A stretch of DNA of 64,000 nucleotides from Callorhinchus milii (Eukaryota), in NCBI RefSeq assembly GCF_018977255.1, contig NW_024704743.1, positions 59,956,001 to 60,020,000 of the forward strand, in the 5' to 3' direction. The translations under genes were made by a program, and so were the position numbers. The notes beneath the pieces were generated by a model. That model saw only the letters and a list, made by a program, of their open reading frames with translations, was not told the DNA's origin and did not search any database. Positions 14,109 to 26,345 of the stretch are shown in pieces; the first letter of the stretch is position 1; each line of letters opens with the position of its first letter.

Positions 14109-14944
14109 AGAAAGTTATCCCAGAATAATTTAGTCATACAGGTATTATAAGAGAACTTAATCCATAAATGATAAAGCAATACTGGAACACATCATGTGAG
14201 TTTTTTTTAATGAATTAACTAGTCAGTTAGTTACTGATTACCCCCTTGTGTTAAATTAAAGCTTACATTCATACAGTTCAGATATATGTGTCTAATGATT
14301 TCCAGATACCCAATATGTATATGTATTGGTGCCTGTGCCGGAGTTTATTAACGGAGAGACTAATCTTTCTTCTGGTAAAATGTTTGCTTGAATAGCACTG
14401 GTGGGGGAAATCAGTTCTACAGTCAAGGAGTGTCCGTGCATTAAAAAGGGAAGTTACATATTTCCGGCCTGCAGCTTAAGTGGCTAATAGTAGTTTCTGA
14501 ACACATCGTTAAAAAAATAATTAAGGTAGTTAGTTATGTTGGAAGTTAATTAAGCTGAATATCAGGCCTTCTGAACACAGGTTACTTCTTCAAGACTTCA
14601 GTAGGCATGTTCACAGAGAACAGTGACTTGGCACACCACTCCAGCAATCCTGCTTTTGTGTAACGGCATTTGTTCCTGCAAAAGGCTAAACGTCTTCTGC
14701 AGAAGTTTCTTGCTGCCTGTTCAGGTGGATGTTAATGAAAAGGAATCATAAGAAAACTGGAACAGGATTCGGAAAATCAAACCTGCTGCACCAGTTTATT
14801 AGATCTTAGCAGATCTTTTAAATAGTCATCCCCACAATGTTTTATACTGCTACTAAATATGACACTATTCAAAAATAAGAGGAAGTTTCTTTTGACATCC
14901 TGGCTAGCAATCCCCCCAGATAAATTCATAATTTGTGGCCATCC

Positions 14945-15340
14945 TGACTCAGCTAGTAACAGTCTCGCCTTTGAGTCAGTTTGTGGGTTCAAGCTCCATA
15001 TTGGCACTTTGAACTCATGTAAGGTGACTCCAGTGCAATATTGAGGATGTGTTGTCTTATCAGAGATGGCTATTCTTCTGATGAAATGCTGACTATTCAG
15101 GTGAATGTTAAAGATCTCATGACACCACTTGAAAAAAGAAAGTTTCTCCCAGTATCCTGACCAACAGTCCCTCAAATAAAATTGGACATTCACTTCGTGG
15201 CTGTTTGTGGGACAGTGCTGTGCGCAAATAAGCTATCCTATTTGCCTACAAATGCAGTCACTTCACAGTATATCCTGTGAAACGCTTTGAGATGTCCTCC
15301 TGATATGAAAAGCACTATACCAAATGCAAGTATTATTATC
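14945..15340 (+). mobile_element. SacSINE1-like Deu-domain SINE
   Basis: Same head, core and tail as 5985; contains gctgtttgtgggacagtgctgtgcgcaaat. Confidence 0.75.
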
Positions 15341-16964
15341 ATTCACTTGTTTTGTAGGCTGTTTTGTAGGAAACTGAAGCACACAAATTTACTGCCAATT
15401 CCAATCTAAGCTATCTGGAGAATTAAATAGTGCTTCACCATGTATCTTCTCTCTCACCTCCACTACCAGTGCTTTGGCTTGCAGTGTTGAACTGTCTGGA
15501 TACCCATATGTCTTGGATTACAGTGGGCCAACAACTCTGTTAGGTATGTCTTGGAAAAAAAAGGAATAGGAAGAATGCTGAAAAATAAAAACAATGTTCT
15601 GATGAAGGGTCTGACCCAAAGCGGTTACCTATTTGGGGATTTTTAACCTATTTTTCTAATTTTTGCAGATTTGATTTACTTAACTGTGGATTTCCAGCAT
15701 TTGGGCTTTTATTGTTTAAAGAATCTCCCTTCCCTTGCTGCAGGGCAACCCTTTATCTTGGATCCAAAAAGTGTGACTGTGTTATAATGGATCCACCAAA
15801 ACAAAAGCACTACCAATCCCACTTGTGGCCCATCAGATTGTTATTGACATCACATTTAGCTTTCAGCACACAGTCTGGCTTCTGCACACGTACACAGCAC
15901 GCAGGAAGCCGCTTGCTTAGCCGCAACCCCTCTTGTGAGCATTCCAGTTGTTTCTGTCGCTAGACATCCTGGTGCTGGAAGTTGACAAATCAACACTGGA
16001 AGCCAGAAGTGTACCGCACTTCCAGTAACTGTAGGTTCAAGGAAACCCACATTCAATTGAACTCGCGTACTAGTGAGATGCTTAATAACAGTTGCCTTGT
16101 ATTTCTCCAAGAAGCGGTTGAAAAAAACAATATCACCTAATTGGAGGAACAAATATTTATTTTAATATGCCATGAAATCACACTTTCATATCATCATAGG
16201 TCGAAAGCCATTTAGTAGTGTCACAAATGTGACACATTTTACCTATTAAACAAATAGAGTACAACTAAGGAACATTAAATCTCTCTGTAATGCACTCAAT
16301 GTTACACATGAGCGAAATGGCAGGCCTCAGAAAAAGAGCAAAGAAAAACGGAGAGGATTATTTAATAGTTAGTGTTTCTAAGCAGCTGTAAATGAGCCAT
16401 TGTGCATGTACACATATGTTAACAAATTAGTGAAGTTTATTGCATCTATGACGTATGAGTATCAGTGATCCGAACAAAATTCAGAGGTTCTGGGTCACAG
16501 CCTTCTCTTGGTTTGTACATCTGGGAGAACTTATAAATCAAGACCTATATTGATTAAAACACTGCAAGCAATGAAAGTCTTAGAGATTTCAGAGAAATAT
16601 TTCGTAAGGAATTTTTGAGTGTACCATAGTTTTTCTTCTATATGGTAATATATATATATCTGCATACTATATGTAAACTGTATATAGCCAGTGTTACAGC
16701 CCTTTCTCAACATCAGATGGCAAACTCTATTTATGTCACTCAAAACATTATGTTTGATATAATTCTCCGATGGTAAAAGGAAGACTTGAAGTTCCATTTA
16801 AATTACAGATGCCACACAGGTGTAACATTTTAAGCGCTACAAGATGCTGCCATGCGTGAAGGGCGCTATATAAATGCAAGTGGTCGTTGTTGAAATTAAT
16901 ATTTCAATTGTACAATTGTCAAGATTTCAGTGTAAACACCAAAGATCAACTGAGTACCAGTATC

Positions 16965-18080
16965 AACAACAACAACAAATTACATTTGTATAGCCCCTTT
17001 GATGTCGGGAGGATGTCCCAAGGTACTGGACAGGTCAGGACTTGGACCCGAGTAGGAGTTCGGGATCAGGGGGCGTGGAGGGCAGGAGGGTAGGGGTAGG
17101 AGAGTGGCTGAACGTGCAGTTGAAGAGGAGGGTCTCGAGACACGCTTTGAAGGAGACAAGGGAATGGGAAAGACAATGAGTGGATGAGAGTTTCAGTGGC
17201 CTGAAGGAAGAGGCAGTGGTAGAGCTGGGCAATGTTGTGGGGGTGGGAGAAGGCAGAGCGGGTTATGGCACGGATGTGGGGTAGAAAGGATAATTGAGGG
17301 TCAAACAAGACGCCAAGGTTCTGGACTGGCTTAGCAAGGTGGAGTGTGCACCACGGATGGTGATGCTGTCAGTGCCTGCGATGTGGAGGCACTGATGGGA
17401 GTCAATCAGAAGAGCCTCGGTCTTGTTGATATTCAACTTGAGAAAGTTAGCTCTCATCTAGGACTTGAAATATGACATATAGTCTGTCAGAACAGCAGTG
17501 GTCCTGGAGTCAAGGGTGGAGGCAGAGATAGAGTTGGGTATCATCTGCATACACGGGGAAGACCCCATGTCTACGGATGATGTCACCAAGAGGGAGCATG
17601 TACACGTTGAAGAGGAAACCAAGGACAGAGCCCTGAGGAACACCGCACAAGATGGTGCGGGAGGTCGAGGAGAAACCGTTTGTGAAGACAAAATGGAAAC
17701 ATTGTGAAATGTATGATCTGAACCAGTCAAACACAAAACCATGAAAGTTGAAGTGAGAGGAGAGGCGGCGAAGGAGGATAGTGTGATCACGATGTCAAAG
17801 GCAACAGAGCGGTCAAGGAGGACGGAGGAGACAGAGAGAGCCCGGTCGCAGATTGACTAAGTGGCATTTGTCACTTTGACCAGGGTTGTTTCTGTTCTGT
17901 GAGCAACACGGAAACCCGATTGGAAGGGTTTGTACAAGGAGTGGTGATAGAGGAAGGAGCAAAGCTGGGAGGCGACAGGGGAAAGGGGAAAGGGAGGTCA
18001 GAAATGGGATGGTGGTTTGAGAGCAGGGATGGGTCCAGGGAGGATTTTTTTGAGGATAGGTGTTATGACGGCTGTTCTAG
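16965..18080 (-). mobile_element. L2-like LINE, RT fragment with frameshifts
   Basis: GVPQGSVLG...YADDTQLY reverse-transcriptase motifs in ORF 17510-17734; (caa)n tail. Confidence 0.85.
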
Positions 18081-18994
18081 TAAATTGAACTAACTTGGTC
18101 CTTCTTCAAATGATCACTATTGTATTTCTCCCCACTTCTTCCAAAGCTGATACGAAGACAGGAATGCTGATGGTTCACCAGTACCTCAAATAGTGGACAT
18201 TCTTTATGTGTCAACCTAAATAGTAACTTCAGTATCAGCAGCTATTGACCACGGGATATTGTGCAGAGAAGGCTTCCTCCAGTTTGCTCACATGTACACT
18301 TCACAGCAGAGATAGCTGGTTCTCAATCCAGCTGAAAAATGAAGAAAATACAATGACAATAAAAATGTTGTCTTATTGATGCAGAGAACCTGGAAGTGGT
18401 GTGGGAAAAATGAACTTGAAGAAATGCACCAAGGTAACATATCAATATTGGAGTATGGCAGGGCTGTAAGACGTATGTCTTTGAGAAAGCTGAAGTTCTA
18501 GTTAATAAGTAATAAAACTTTGTACAACAGAGAAATATTAATACTAATTTAGCACGTGTGGAAATATAAGGTTATGTAAATTACTATGAATATACCATGG
18601 TGGTGGAGTAAATCTATATCTCGATGACCACTGTTCCTTTCTTCAAAAGGTAAAGTTCAAGCACCCTGAAATATACTGTGAGAATCGGGAGGTGGTTATC
18701 CAGACATTAAACAGTATATTATCCCACATTAAGAGTTAATTGTAGAATTCTTCAGGCAAGAGTTTGTAATGCATTATAGCTGCAGACTTTTGAAGAGGAA
18801 AGCAATGACATTAGGCATAATATTATTTACAAATAGGAAATGTATGACATATGAATGTTATACACTGACTGTATGGAAAATGTGGTTGGTGAAACAATGG
18901 AAAATGAGGTAAGGGTGGGCGAGTGAGAATGAGAAGGATAATGATTGAGAGTTTAACAAACTGGCAAACGGAAAAGGTAGATGTAAGGGGAAAA

Positions 18995-19310
18995 ATAATA
19001 ACAATAATCCTTGCATTTGATATAGCGCTTTTCACAATCTTCTAAGCGTCTCAAAGCACTTCATAGAATATACTGTAAAGTGAATTGACTGTATATTTAT
19101 GGGCGAAACGTGGCAGCCAATTACGCACAGCAATGTCCCACAAACAGTTGTGGATTGAAAATGACCAATTTATTATTGTTGTTTTTTCTTGAGGGATTAT
19201 TATCAGTTGTGTGGAGTAAGGAAACTTGCCCAAGGTTTCACCTTATGGGAATTGAACCCAGATCTCTTGCTTGCAAGGCGAGCACTCTAACCACTGAGCT
19301 ACAGGACTCC
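18995..19310 (-). mobile_element. tRNA-Ala-headed SINE
   Basis: Highly similar to the reverse complement of 36751-37072. Confidence 0.85.
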
Positions 19311-20156
19311 ATGGCTAAAGTGTGCAAAGAAAGAGGGAGCTTGTGCCTAGAGAAGAAGGCAACAATCACTAAAGGGAGGACCTCTGCCAGAGACCTCCGG
19401 CTCTACTTCTGGCTCCACTCCATTCCCTGGCTCTACCACAAACCTACACGTCTGTATTTTATCAGAGCTGGAGATAGTAATCTTTTATGGCACTGGGAAG
19501 AACATGTTATAACATGTACTCCTGCTTCACTTCAGCCAGCCGTGGGGGAGGGTGGACAAATCTCGATATCCCTAAGGCTTGGCAGCTCAAAACTCTATAA
19601 ATTCAGCCTGCAATGTCAAAAACAATCAGTGTACATCGCAATTTGATGGATTATTTGTTGAGGAGAGGTAGATTTAAGTTATGGTTAATGTATAAAATAA
19701 CATAGCGTAAGCTTGACACGGTTGCTGACACTCTCACCTCTGGGTCACAAAATTGTGGGTTCCAGCCTATATCAGGACTTGAGTTCATATTCCAGACTTA
19801 TTTTCCAGTGCAATATTGGGGAGCTCTGCACTGTCAGAGACCCCATTCATTGGGTAGTTCAGCCACTAATTGGACATTTTATCCATCGAATGGCATACAT
19901 GTTAAACCAAGGTGTTTGCCATCTGCTCATACATTAAAGATCCCATAATACTATTCAAAGCACTTCTTCACTCCCTGACACCTCCCTACCTTTCCGACTC
20001 TCTTTCTCCCCACTCCACTACCTGCTGCCTCCGCTCGGCTGGCTCTGGAGTCCTGTTCATCCCCTATGCTCCACCATCGGTTGCTGGGTTTCAGCCATTA
20101 CGCCCCGAAACTTTGGAACTCTCACCCTCAATCACTCCACCTTGTCCCCTCTTTCA

Positions 20157-21057
20157 ACAACAACAACAACAAGATTCCATTTATAAAGTGCCTTTCACGT
20201 CAGGAGGACGTCCCAAGGCGCTGCACAGTTGGGTCATGACCCGAGCAGGGGGGAAATGGTCAGGGTGAGGGGAGGGAAGGGAGGGAGCGAGGAGGGGGGA
20301 AATGGTCAGGGTGAGGGGAGGGAAAGGAGGGAGCAAGGAGGGGGAAATGGTCAGGGTGAGGGAGGAAAGGGAGGGAGCGAGGAGGGGGAAGAGAGTCGAG
20401 AGGGGAGCTGAAGGCTCGGTCAAAGAGAAAGGTTTTGAGACCGGCCTTGAAGGAGGAAAGGGAGGAAGCGGCAAAGGCACTGGGGGATGGAGTTCCAGAG
20501 CCTGGGGGCTGAGAGGCTGAAGGCCCGACCACCGATGGTAGGGCGGTTGGGGCGGGGGACGTGGAGCAGACCGGAGGCAGAGGAACGGAGGGTACGGGCA
20601 GGTAGGTAGGGGGATAGTAGGTTGGAGAGGTAGGAGGGAGCGAGGCCGTGAATGGCCTTGTAGGTGAGGATGAGGATCTTGAAATCAATCCTCTGGGGGA
20701 TGGGGAGCCAGTGGAGGCGAGCGAGGGTGGGAGTGATGTGGTCCCGGAGCCTGGTGCGGGACAGTACACGAGCTGCAGAGTTCTGAATGACCTGCAGCTT
20801 GTGGAGGGAGGTGGCGGGAAGGCCGGCGAGGAGAGAGTTCCCGTAGTGCAGCCTTGAGGTGACAAAGGCGTGAACCAGGGTTTCAGCAGCGTGAGGGGTG
20901 AGGTAGTGCCGTAGTCTGGCGATGTTCCGGAGGTGATGGAAGGCGGTGCCAGTTGTGGTGCGGATGTGAGGGAGAAAGGACAGCTCAGGGTCGAACAAAA
21001 CGCCGAGGTTCCTGACTGGCTTTGAGAGGTGGAGAGTGCAGCCTTGGGTGCTGATGG
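20157..21057 (-). mobile_element. Young 5'-truncated L2-like LINE with CTTTCA target-site duplication
   Basis: Open 192-aa ORF2 C-terminus (20420-20998), CpGs retained, CTTTCA at 20151-20156 and 21058-21063. Confidence 0.9.
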
Positions 21058-21159
21058 CTTTCAGATCACGGCTGAAGACCTTCCTCTTCGACCATGCTCA
21101 CGTCACCTCCTTCTCCGGCTCAGCGTGAGACTCCCACCACTGTTAAGCCCTCCAAGATG

Positions 21160-21194
<35 letters not shown>

Positions 21195-21500
21195 CCTTGC
21201 ATTTGATATAGCGCTTTTCACGTCGGGAGGACGTCCCAAAGCGCTTCACAGAACACACTGTAAAGTGAATTGACTGTATATTTGTGGGCGAACGCGGCAG
21301 CCAATTGCGCACAGCAATGTCCCACAAACAGTCGTAGATTGAAAATGACCAATTTATTATTGTTTTTTGGGTTTTTGGAGGGATTATTATTAGGCGTGTG
21401 GAGTAAGGAAACTTGCCCAAGGTTTCGCCCTCTGCCTGGAATTGAACTCAGGTCTCTCACTTGCAAAGCGAGTGCTCTCACCACTGAGCTACAGGACTCC
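21160..21500 (-). mobile_element. Young tRNA-Ala-headed SINE with a long (AAT)n tail
   Basis: Near-identical to the reverse complement of 36751-37072. Confidence 0.9.
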
Positions 21501-23029
21501 ACGTGTGCCCCGTGTGAAGGGCGCTATATAAATATAAATTGTTTTTGTTGGTGGTGCCCTGGCCAATAATCCTCCAGCCAAGATTGTCATACACTTCATG
21601 GCTCATGGTCTTGACTGACATTCCAGGGCAGTATGGGTAACACTGCACTATCGGAGGTGCCATCCTTTTGATGAGACATGAAACCGAAGTCCCAACATGG
21701 CACTATATAAAAGTAAAATTGTTGTTGTTAACCTTGCAAGCCCATACAGATAGGATAGTCCTGGCTGGAGAAGCAGTGGGAAAGCTTACCAGACATTGCT
21801 CTTAAAGGAAAGTAATATGATTTGGGCTGATTTAGACTCCAGTGGGCACTCTGAGGACCCCAAGCATTGGCTCTCGCCAACCTGCGCCTAATACTCTCCA
21901 GATCTAGGTAAGCAGAATGCATCCCTCTGGTACTTTCCCTCGATGGGCTGACTAACAAAAACAAAAAGGGAGTAACTGCACAGTACTTGTCTAGACAGGA
22001 CTGTTTTATAAAGTTGAGGACATGATTGCAGTTCGAAGTCTGGCAGTTTCAACCCTTCCTCCAGTTTCTACTTTTGCCTGTGGGGAGGTACGAAACCTCC
22101 ACGTACTGGCGTGGCTAAAACTGAAAAGGCACATTTTTTTGTCAGGTAAGCAGAGTGCGTCCCTCCAGAGAGCGGGCACATTCCTTCAGAGACACAAGGA
22201 AATTACCATGTGTAGAGGCAGACGTGGTTTTGATACCCCTAATCATTGTGATTGTTTTCTGCATGTGTCAAGACACCCAGCTGACCAAAAGAGAAAAAGA
22301 CTTTATCTCAATGTTCTGACCAACAATCCTTCAGATAATTTGGTCATTCATGGCTGTCTTTGGGATATTGCTGTGCCGTGTTTGTCTATAAGTATGCAGT
22401 CATTGCAATTGGCGACAATTTCCTATGAAGCACTGAAGCGTTTCAATGTTACAGGCAGATTATAGTGCACAATTGGCTGCCACGTTCCGCCCACAAAAAC
22501 ATAATCAATTAAATTTATTGTGAAGCGCTTTGAGACGTCTCAAAGACGTGGTAAGGTGCTATATCAAATGTAAGGATTATTATTATTACAGTAAACGCCT
22601 GGTACCTCGTCACTCCAAGGGAGGGAAAAGGGCTCAGTGACGAGCTATCAGCTGTGGCGAGTTAGGCATAGAGATAAATAAATACGTAATTGCATAAATG
22701 AATGTGGCTGGGGTATTGAAAGCACGATGACTTAAGTGGTAGTGACAAAAGGTCAGTTCTGACAAAAAGTCATCGACCTGAAGAGTTAACCCACTTTCCT
22801 CTTCCCCACAGATGCTGCCTGTCCTGCTGAGTGTTCCCAGCGACTTCTGGTTTTATTTCAGATTTCCAGCAGCTGCAGTAATTTGCCTCCCCCAGTGAGC
22901 AGTTTACTGTATAATGCAACATTTCTTTCGATGATTATATGTATAAGCTGTTTGTGAGCTCTGACTGTGCTGCTCCTGCCCATAGCATAAGCCTGAGACC
23001 AGCTGCCAGGGCAGCAGCACTGACCACTG

Positions 23030-23637
23030 CTCACCGCGTCATTGACAAGCCCCGCCCCTACCTCACTGTGTACATGCCGAGCCGCGTGGACGGATGTCCC
23101 GCCCTTACCTCCGAAGCGGACCAATCGGTGCGGAGCCGCAATTGTCATTGGATCTAATCCACCGTCAATCACCGTGAAGGGGCCCCCCCCCGGGAGGGGA
23201 GGGGGCGAGCGGGGTCACGTGTCTGTTCTGCTGCGCGTGAATAACAACTGAGAATAAAAATCACCTTTGTACCGCGGCTTTCACATCACATCACATCGGG
23301 GGGAGCGGAGGGCTTCAATGTTTAATTTACAGCTGTGAACCTTTGGGGTTTTATTCCGCCCTTCACAGACCTCCTGTGACCCGCTCGCGAACTCACTGAC
23401 CTCGGTGGGGGCGTCTCTGCCGCACCGACAGGAGGCGGCCGATGACATTGGGCTACTTTTGGGCTCGTGTTTGGTTGATTTTGGGCTACTAACGTGGTTC
23501 AATCACAGACCGACACCGAGGGGCCCCCCCCGGCTCCCCGCACCAGGGCAGCCCCCCCCACCCCTCCCGAGACACACCCGGCCGGAGCGACTCCCTCTCC
23601 CCGGGCTGTCCCTCTCGCCGCTGCCGCTGCCGCTGCC
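23030..23637 (+). promoter_or_regulatory. PDK4 CpG-rich promoter and 5' leader
   Basis: CpG-rich stretch with GC boxes (ccccgcccc near 23050), CCAAT at 23121, ATTGG near 23147, GTCACGTG at 23214-23221, and gccATG Kozak context at 23635-23640. Confidence 0.7.
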
Positions 23638-23746
23638 ATGAGGCTGGTGCGGTGGCTGATGAAGAGCGCGGCACTGGCCGGACAGCTCGAGCACTTCTCC
23701 AAGTTCTCACCATCTCCGCTCTCCATGAAACAGTTCCTGGACTTCG
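23638..23746 (+). CDS. PDK4: Pyruvate dehydrogenase kinase exon 1 (109 nt)
   Basis: [37 protein letters not shown]|gtaag. Confidence 0.9.
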
Positions 23747-23766
23747 GTAAGAAAGAGATCAGACTC

Positions 23767-25372
23767 CCGGTGTAGCCCCCTCCCTCCCCGGTACCCCCGG
23801 GTAACCCCCCCCCCGGGTAACCCCCCCCCCCGGGTAACCCCCCCCCCCCGGGTAACCCCCCCCCGGGTAACCCCCCCCGGGTAACCCCCCCCCCCGTGTA
23901 GCCCCCCCCCCCCGTGTAGCCCCCCCCCCCCCCGTGTAGCCCCCCTCCCCCGTGTAGCCCCCCCCCGTGTAGCCCCCCCCCGTGTAGCCCCCCCCGTGTA
24001 ACCCCCCCCCCGTGTAACGCCCCCCCCGTGTAACCCCCCCCCCGTGTAGCCCCCCCCCCCCGTGTAGCCCCCCCCCCCGTGTAACCCCCCCCCCGTGTAA
24101 CCCCCCCCCCCGTGTAACCCCCCCCCCCGTGTAACCCCCCCCCCCGTGTAACCCCCCCCCCCGTGTAACCCCCCCCCCCCGTGTAACCCCCCCCCCCCGT
24201 GTAACCCCCCCCCCCCGTGTAACCCCCCCCCCCCGTGTAACCCGCCCCCCCCGTGTAACCCGCCCCTCCCGTGTAACCCCCCCTCCCGTGTAGCCCCCCT
24301 CCCCGTGTAGCCCCCCTCCCCGTGTAGCCCCCCCTCCCCGTGTAGCCCCCCCCCCCGTGTAGCCCCCCCCCCCGTGTAGCCCCCCCCCCCGTGTAGCCCC
24401 CCCCCCCCCGTGTAACCCCCCCCCCCGTGTAACCCCCCCCCGTGTAACCCCCCCCCCCGTGTAACCCCCCCCCCGTGTAACCCCCCCCCCGTGTAACCCC
24501 CCCCCCGTGTAACCCCCCCCCCCCGTGTAACCCCCCCCCCCGTGTAACCCCCCCCCCGTGTAACCCCCCCCCCCCGTGTAACCCCCCCCCCCGTGTAACC
24601 CCCCCCCCCCCGTGTAACCCCCCCCCCCGTGTAACCCCCCCCCCCCGTGTAACCCCCCCCCCCGTGTAACCCCCCCCCGTGTAACCCCCCCCCGTGTAAC
24701 CCCCCCCCCCGTGTAACCCCCCCCCCCCCGTGTAACCCCCCCCCCCCGTGTAACCCCCCCCCCCCGTGTAACCCCCCCCCCCCCGTGTAACCCCCCCCCC
24801 GTGTAACCCCCCCCCCGTGTAACCCGCCCCTCCCGTGTAACCCGCCCCTCCCCGTGTAACCCGCCCCTCCCCGTGTAACCCGCCCTCCCGTGTAACCCGC
24901 CCCTCCCCGTGTAACCCGCCCCTCCCGTGTAGCCCCCCTCCCCGTGTAGCCCCCCCCCGTGTAGCCCCCCCCCCGTGTAGCCCCCCCCCCGTGTAGCCCC
25001 CCCCCCGTGTAGCCCCCCCCCCCGTGTAGCCCCCCCCCCCGTGTAGCCCCCCCCCCGTGTAGCCCCCCCCCCGTGTAGCCCCCCCCCGTGTAGCCCCCCC
25101 CCCCGTGTAGCCCCCCCCCCCGTGTAGCCCCCCCCCCGTGTAGCCCCCCCCCCGTGTAGCCCCCCCCCCGTGTAGCCCCCCCCCCCGTGTAGCCCCCCCC
25201 CCGTGTAGCCCCCCCCCCGTGTAGCCCCCCCCCCCCGTGTAGCCCCCCCCCCCGTGTAGCCCCCCCCCCCCGTGTAGCCCCCCCCCCCCCGTGTAGCCCC
25301 CCCCCCCCGTGTAGCCCCCCCCCCCGTGTAGCCCTCCCCGTGTAGCCCCCCCTCCCCGTGTAGCCCCCCTCC
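23767..25372. repeat. C-rich minisatellite A: (GTGTA[A/G] + C-run)n
   Basis: About 1.6 kb of ~14-17 nt units, in blocks of GGTAA, GTGTAG and GTGTAA variants. Confidence 0.95.
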
Positions 25373-25435
25373 CCGGATCCCCGTGTGTAACTGTTGTCAT
25401 CGTGTGTGTATGTGTCCCCCAGAGGTCTCCCCATA

Positions 25436-26345
25436 TGTGTAACTGCCCCCCCCCCCCCCGACTCCCCAGGTGTAACTGCCCCCCCCCCCCGACTCCCCAG
25501 GTGTAACTGCCCCCCCCCCCCCCCCCCCGACTCCCCAGGTGTAACTGCCCCCCCCCCCGACTCCCCAGGTGTAACTGCCCCCCAACCCCGACTCCCCAGG
25601 TGTAACTGCCCCCCCCCCCGACTCCCCAGGTGTAACTGCCCCCCCCCGACTCCCCAGGTGTAACTGCCCCCCCCCCCCCCCCCCCGACTCCCCAGGTGTA
25701 ACTGCCCCCCAACCCCGACTCCCCAGGTGTAACTGCCCCCCCCCCCGACTCCCCAGGTGTAACTGCCCCCCACCCGACTCCCAGGTGTAACTGCCCCCCC
25801 CCCCCGACTCCCCAGGTGTAACTGCCCCCCCCCCGACTCCCCAGGTGTAACTGCCCCCCCCCCCCCGACTCCCCAGGTGTAACTGCCCCCCCCCCCCCGA
25901 CTCCCCAGGTGTAACTGCCCCCCCCCCGACTTCCCCAGGTGTAACTGCCCCCCCCCCCGACTTCCCAGGTGTAACTGCCCCCCCCCCCCGACTCCCCAGG
26001 TGTAACTGCCCCCCCCCCCCGACTTCCCAGGTGTAACTCCCCCCCCCCCCGACTCCCCAGGTGTAACTGCCCCCCCCCCCCCCGACTCCCCAGGTGTAAC
26101 TGCCCCCCCCCCCCCCCGACTCCCCAGGTGTAACTGCCCCCCCCCCCGACTCCCCAGGTGTAACTGCCCCCCCCCCCGACTCCCCAGGTGTAACTGCCCC
26201 CCCCCCCCCCCGACTCCCCAGGTGTAACTGCCCCCCCCCCGACTCCCCAGGTGTAACTGCCCCCCCCCCGACTCCCCAGGTGTAACTGCCCCCCCCCCCC
26301 CCGACTCCCCAGGTGTAACTGCCCCCCCCCGCCTCCCCATGTGCA
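25436..26345. repeat. C-rich minisatellite B: (GTGTAACTG + C-run + GACTCCCCAG)n, about 29 units
   Basis: Direct inspection; units are about 30 nt. Confidence 0.95.

Noticed and set aside
2000..23000. Integrin alpha (ITGA3/6-like) remnant between DLX5 and PDK4
   Set aside because: I recognised no integrin-like translation in the ORF track or by eye. Short decayed exons cannot be excluded without tblastn.
25436..26345. CRISPR-like repeat-spacer array
   Set aside because: The 'spacers' are only C homopolymers, the context is a eukaryotic intron, and there are no cas genes.
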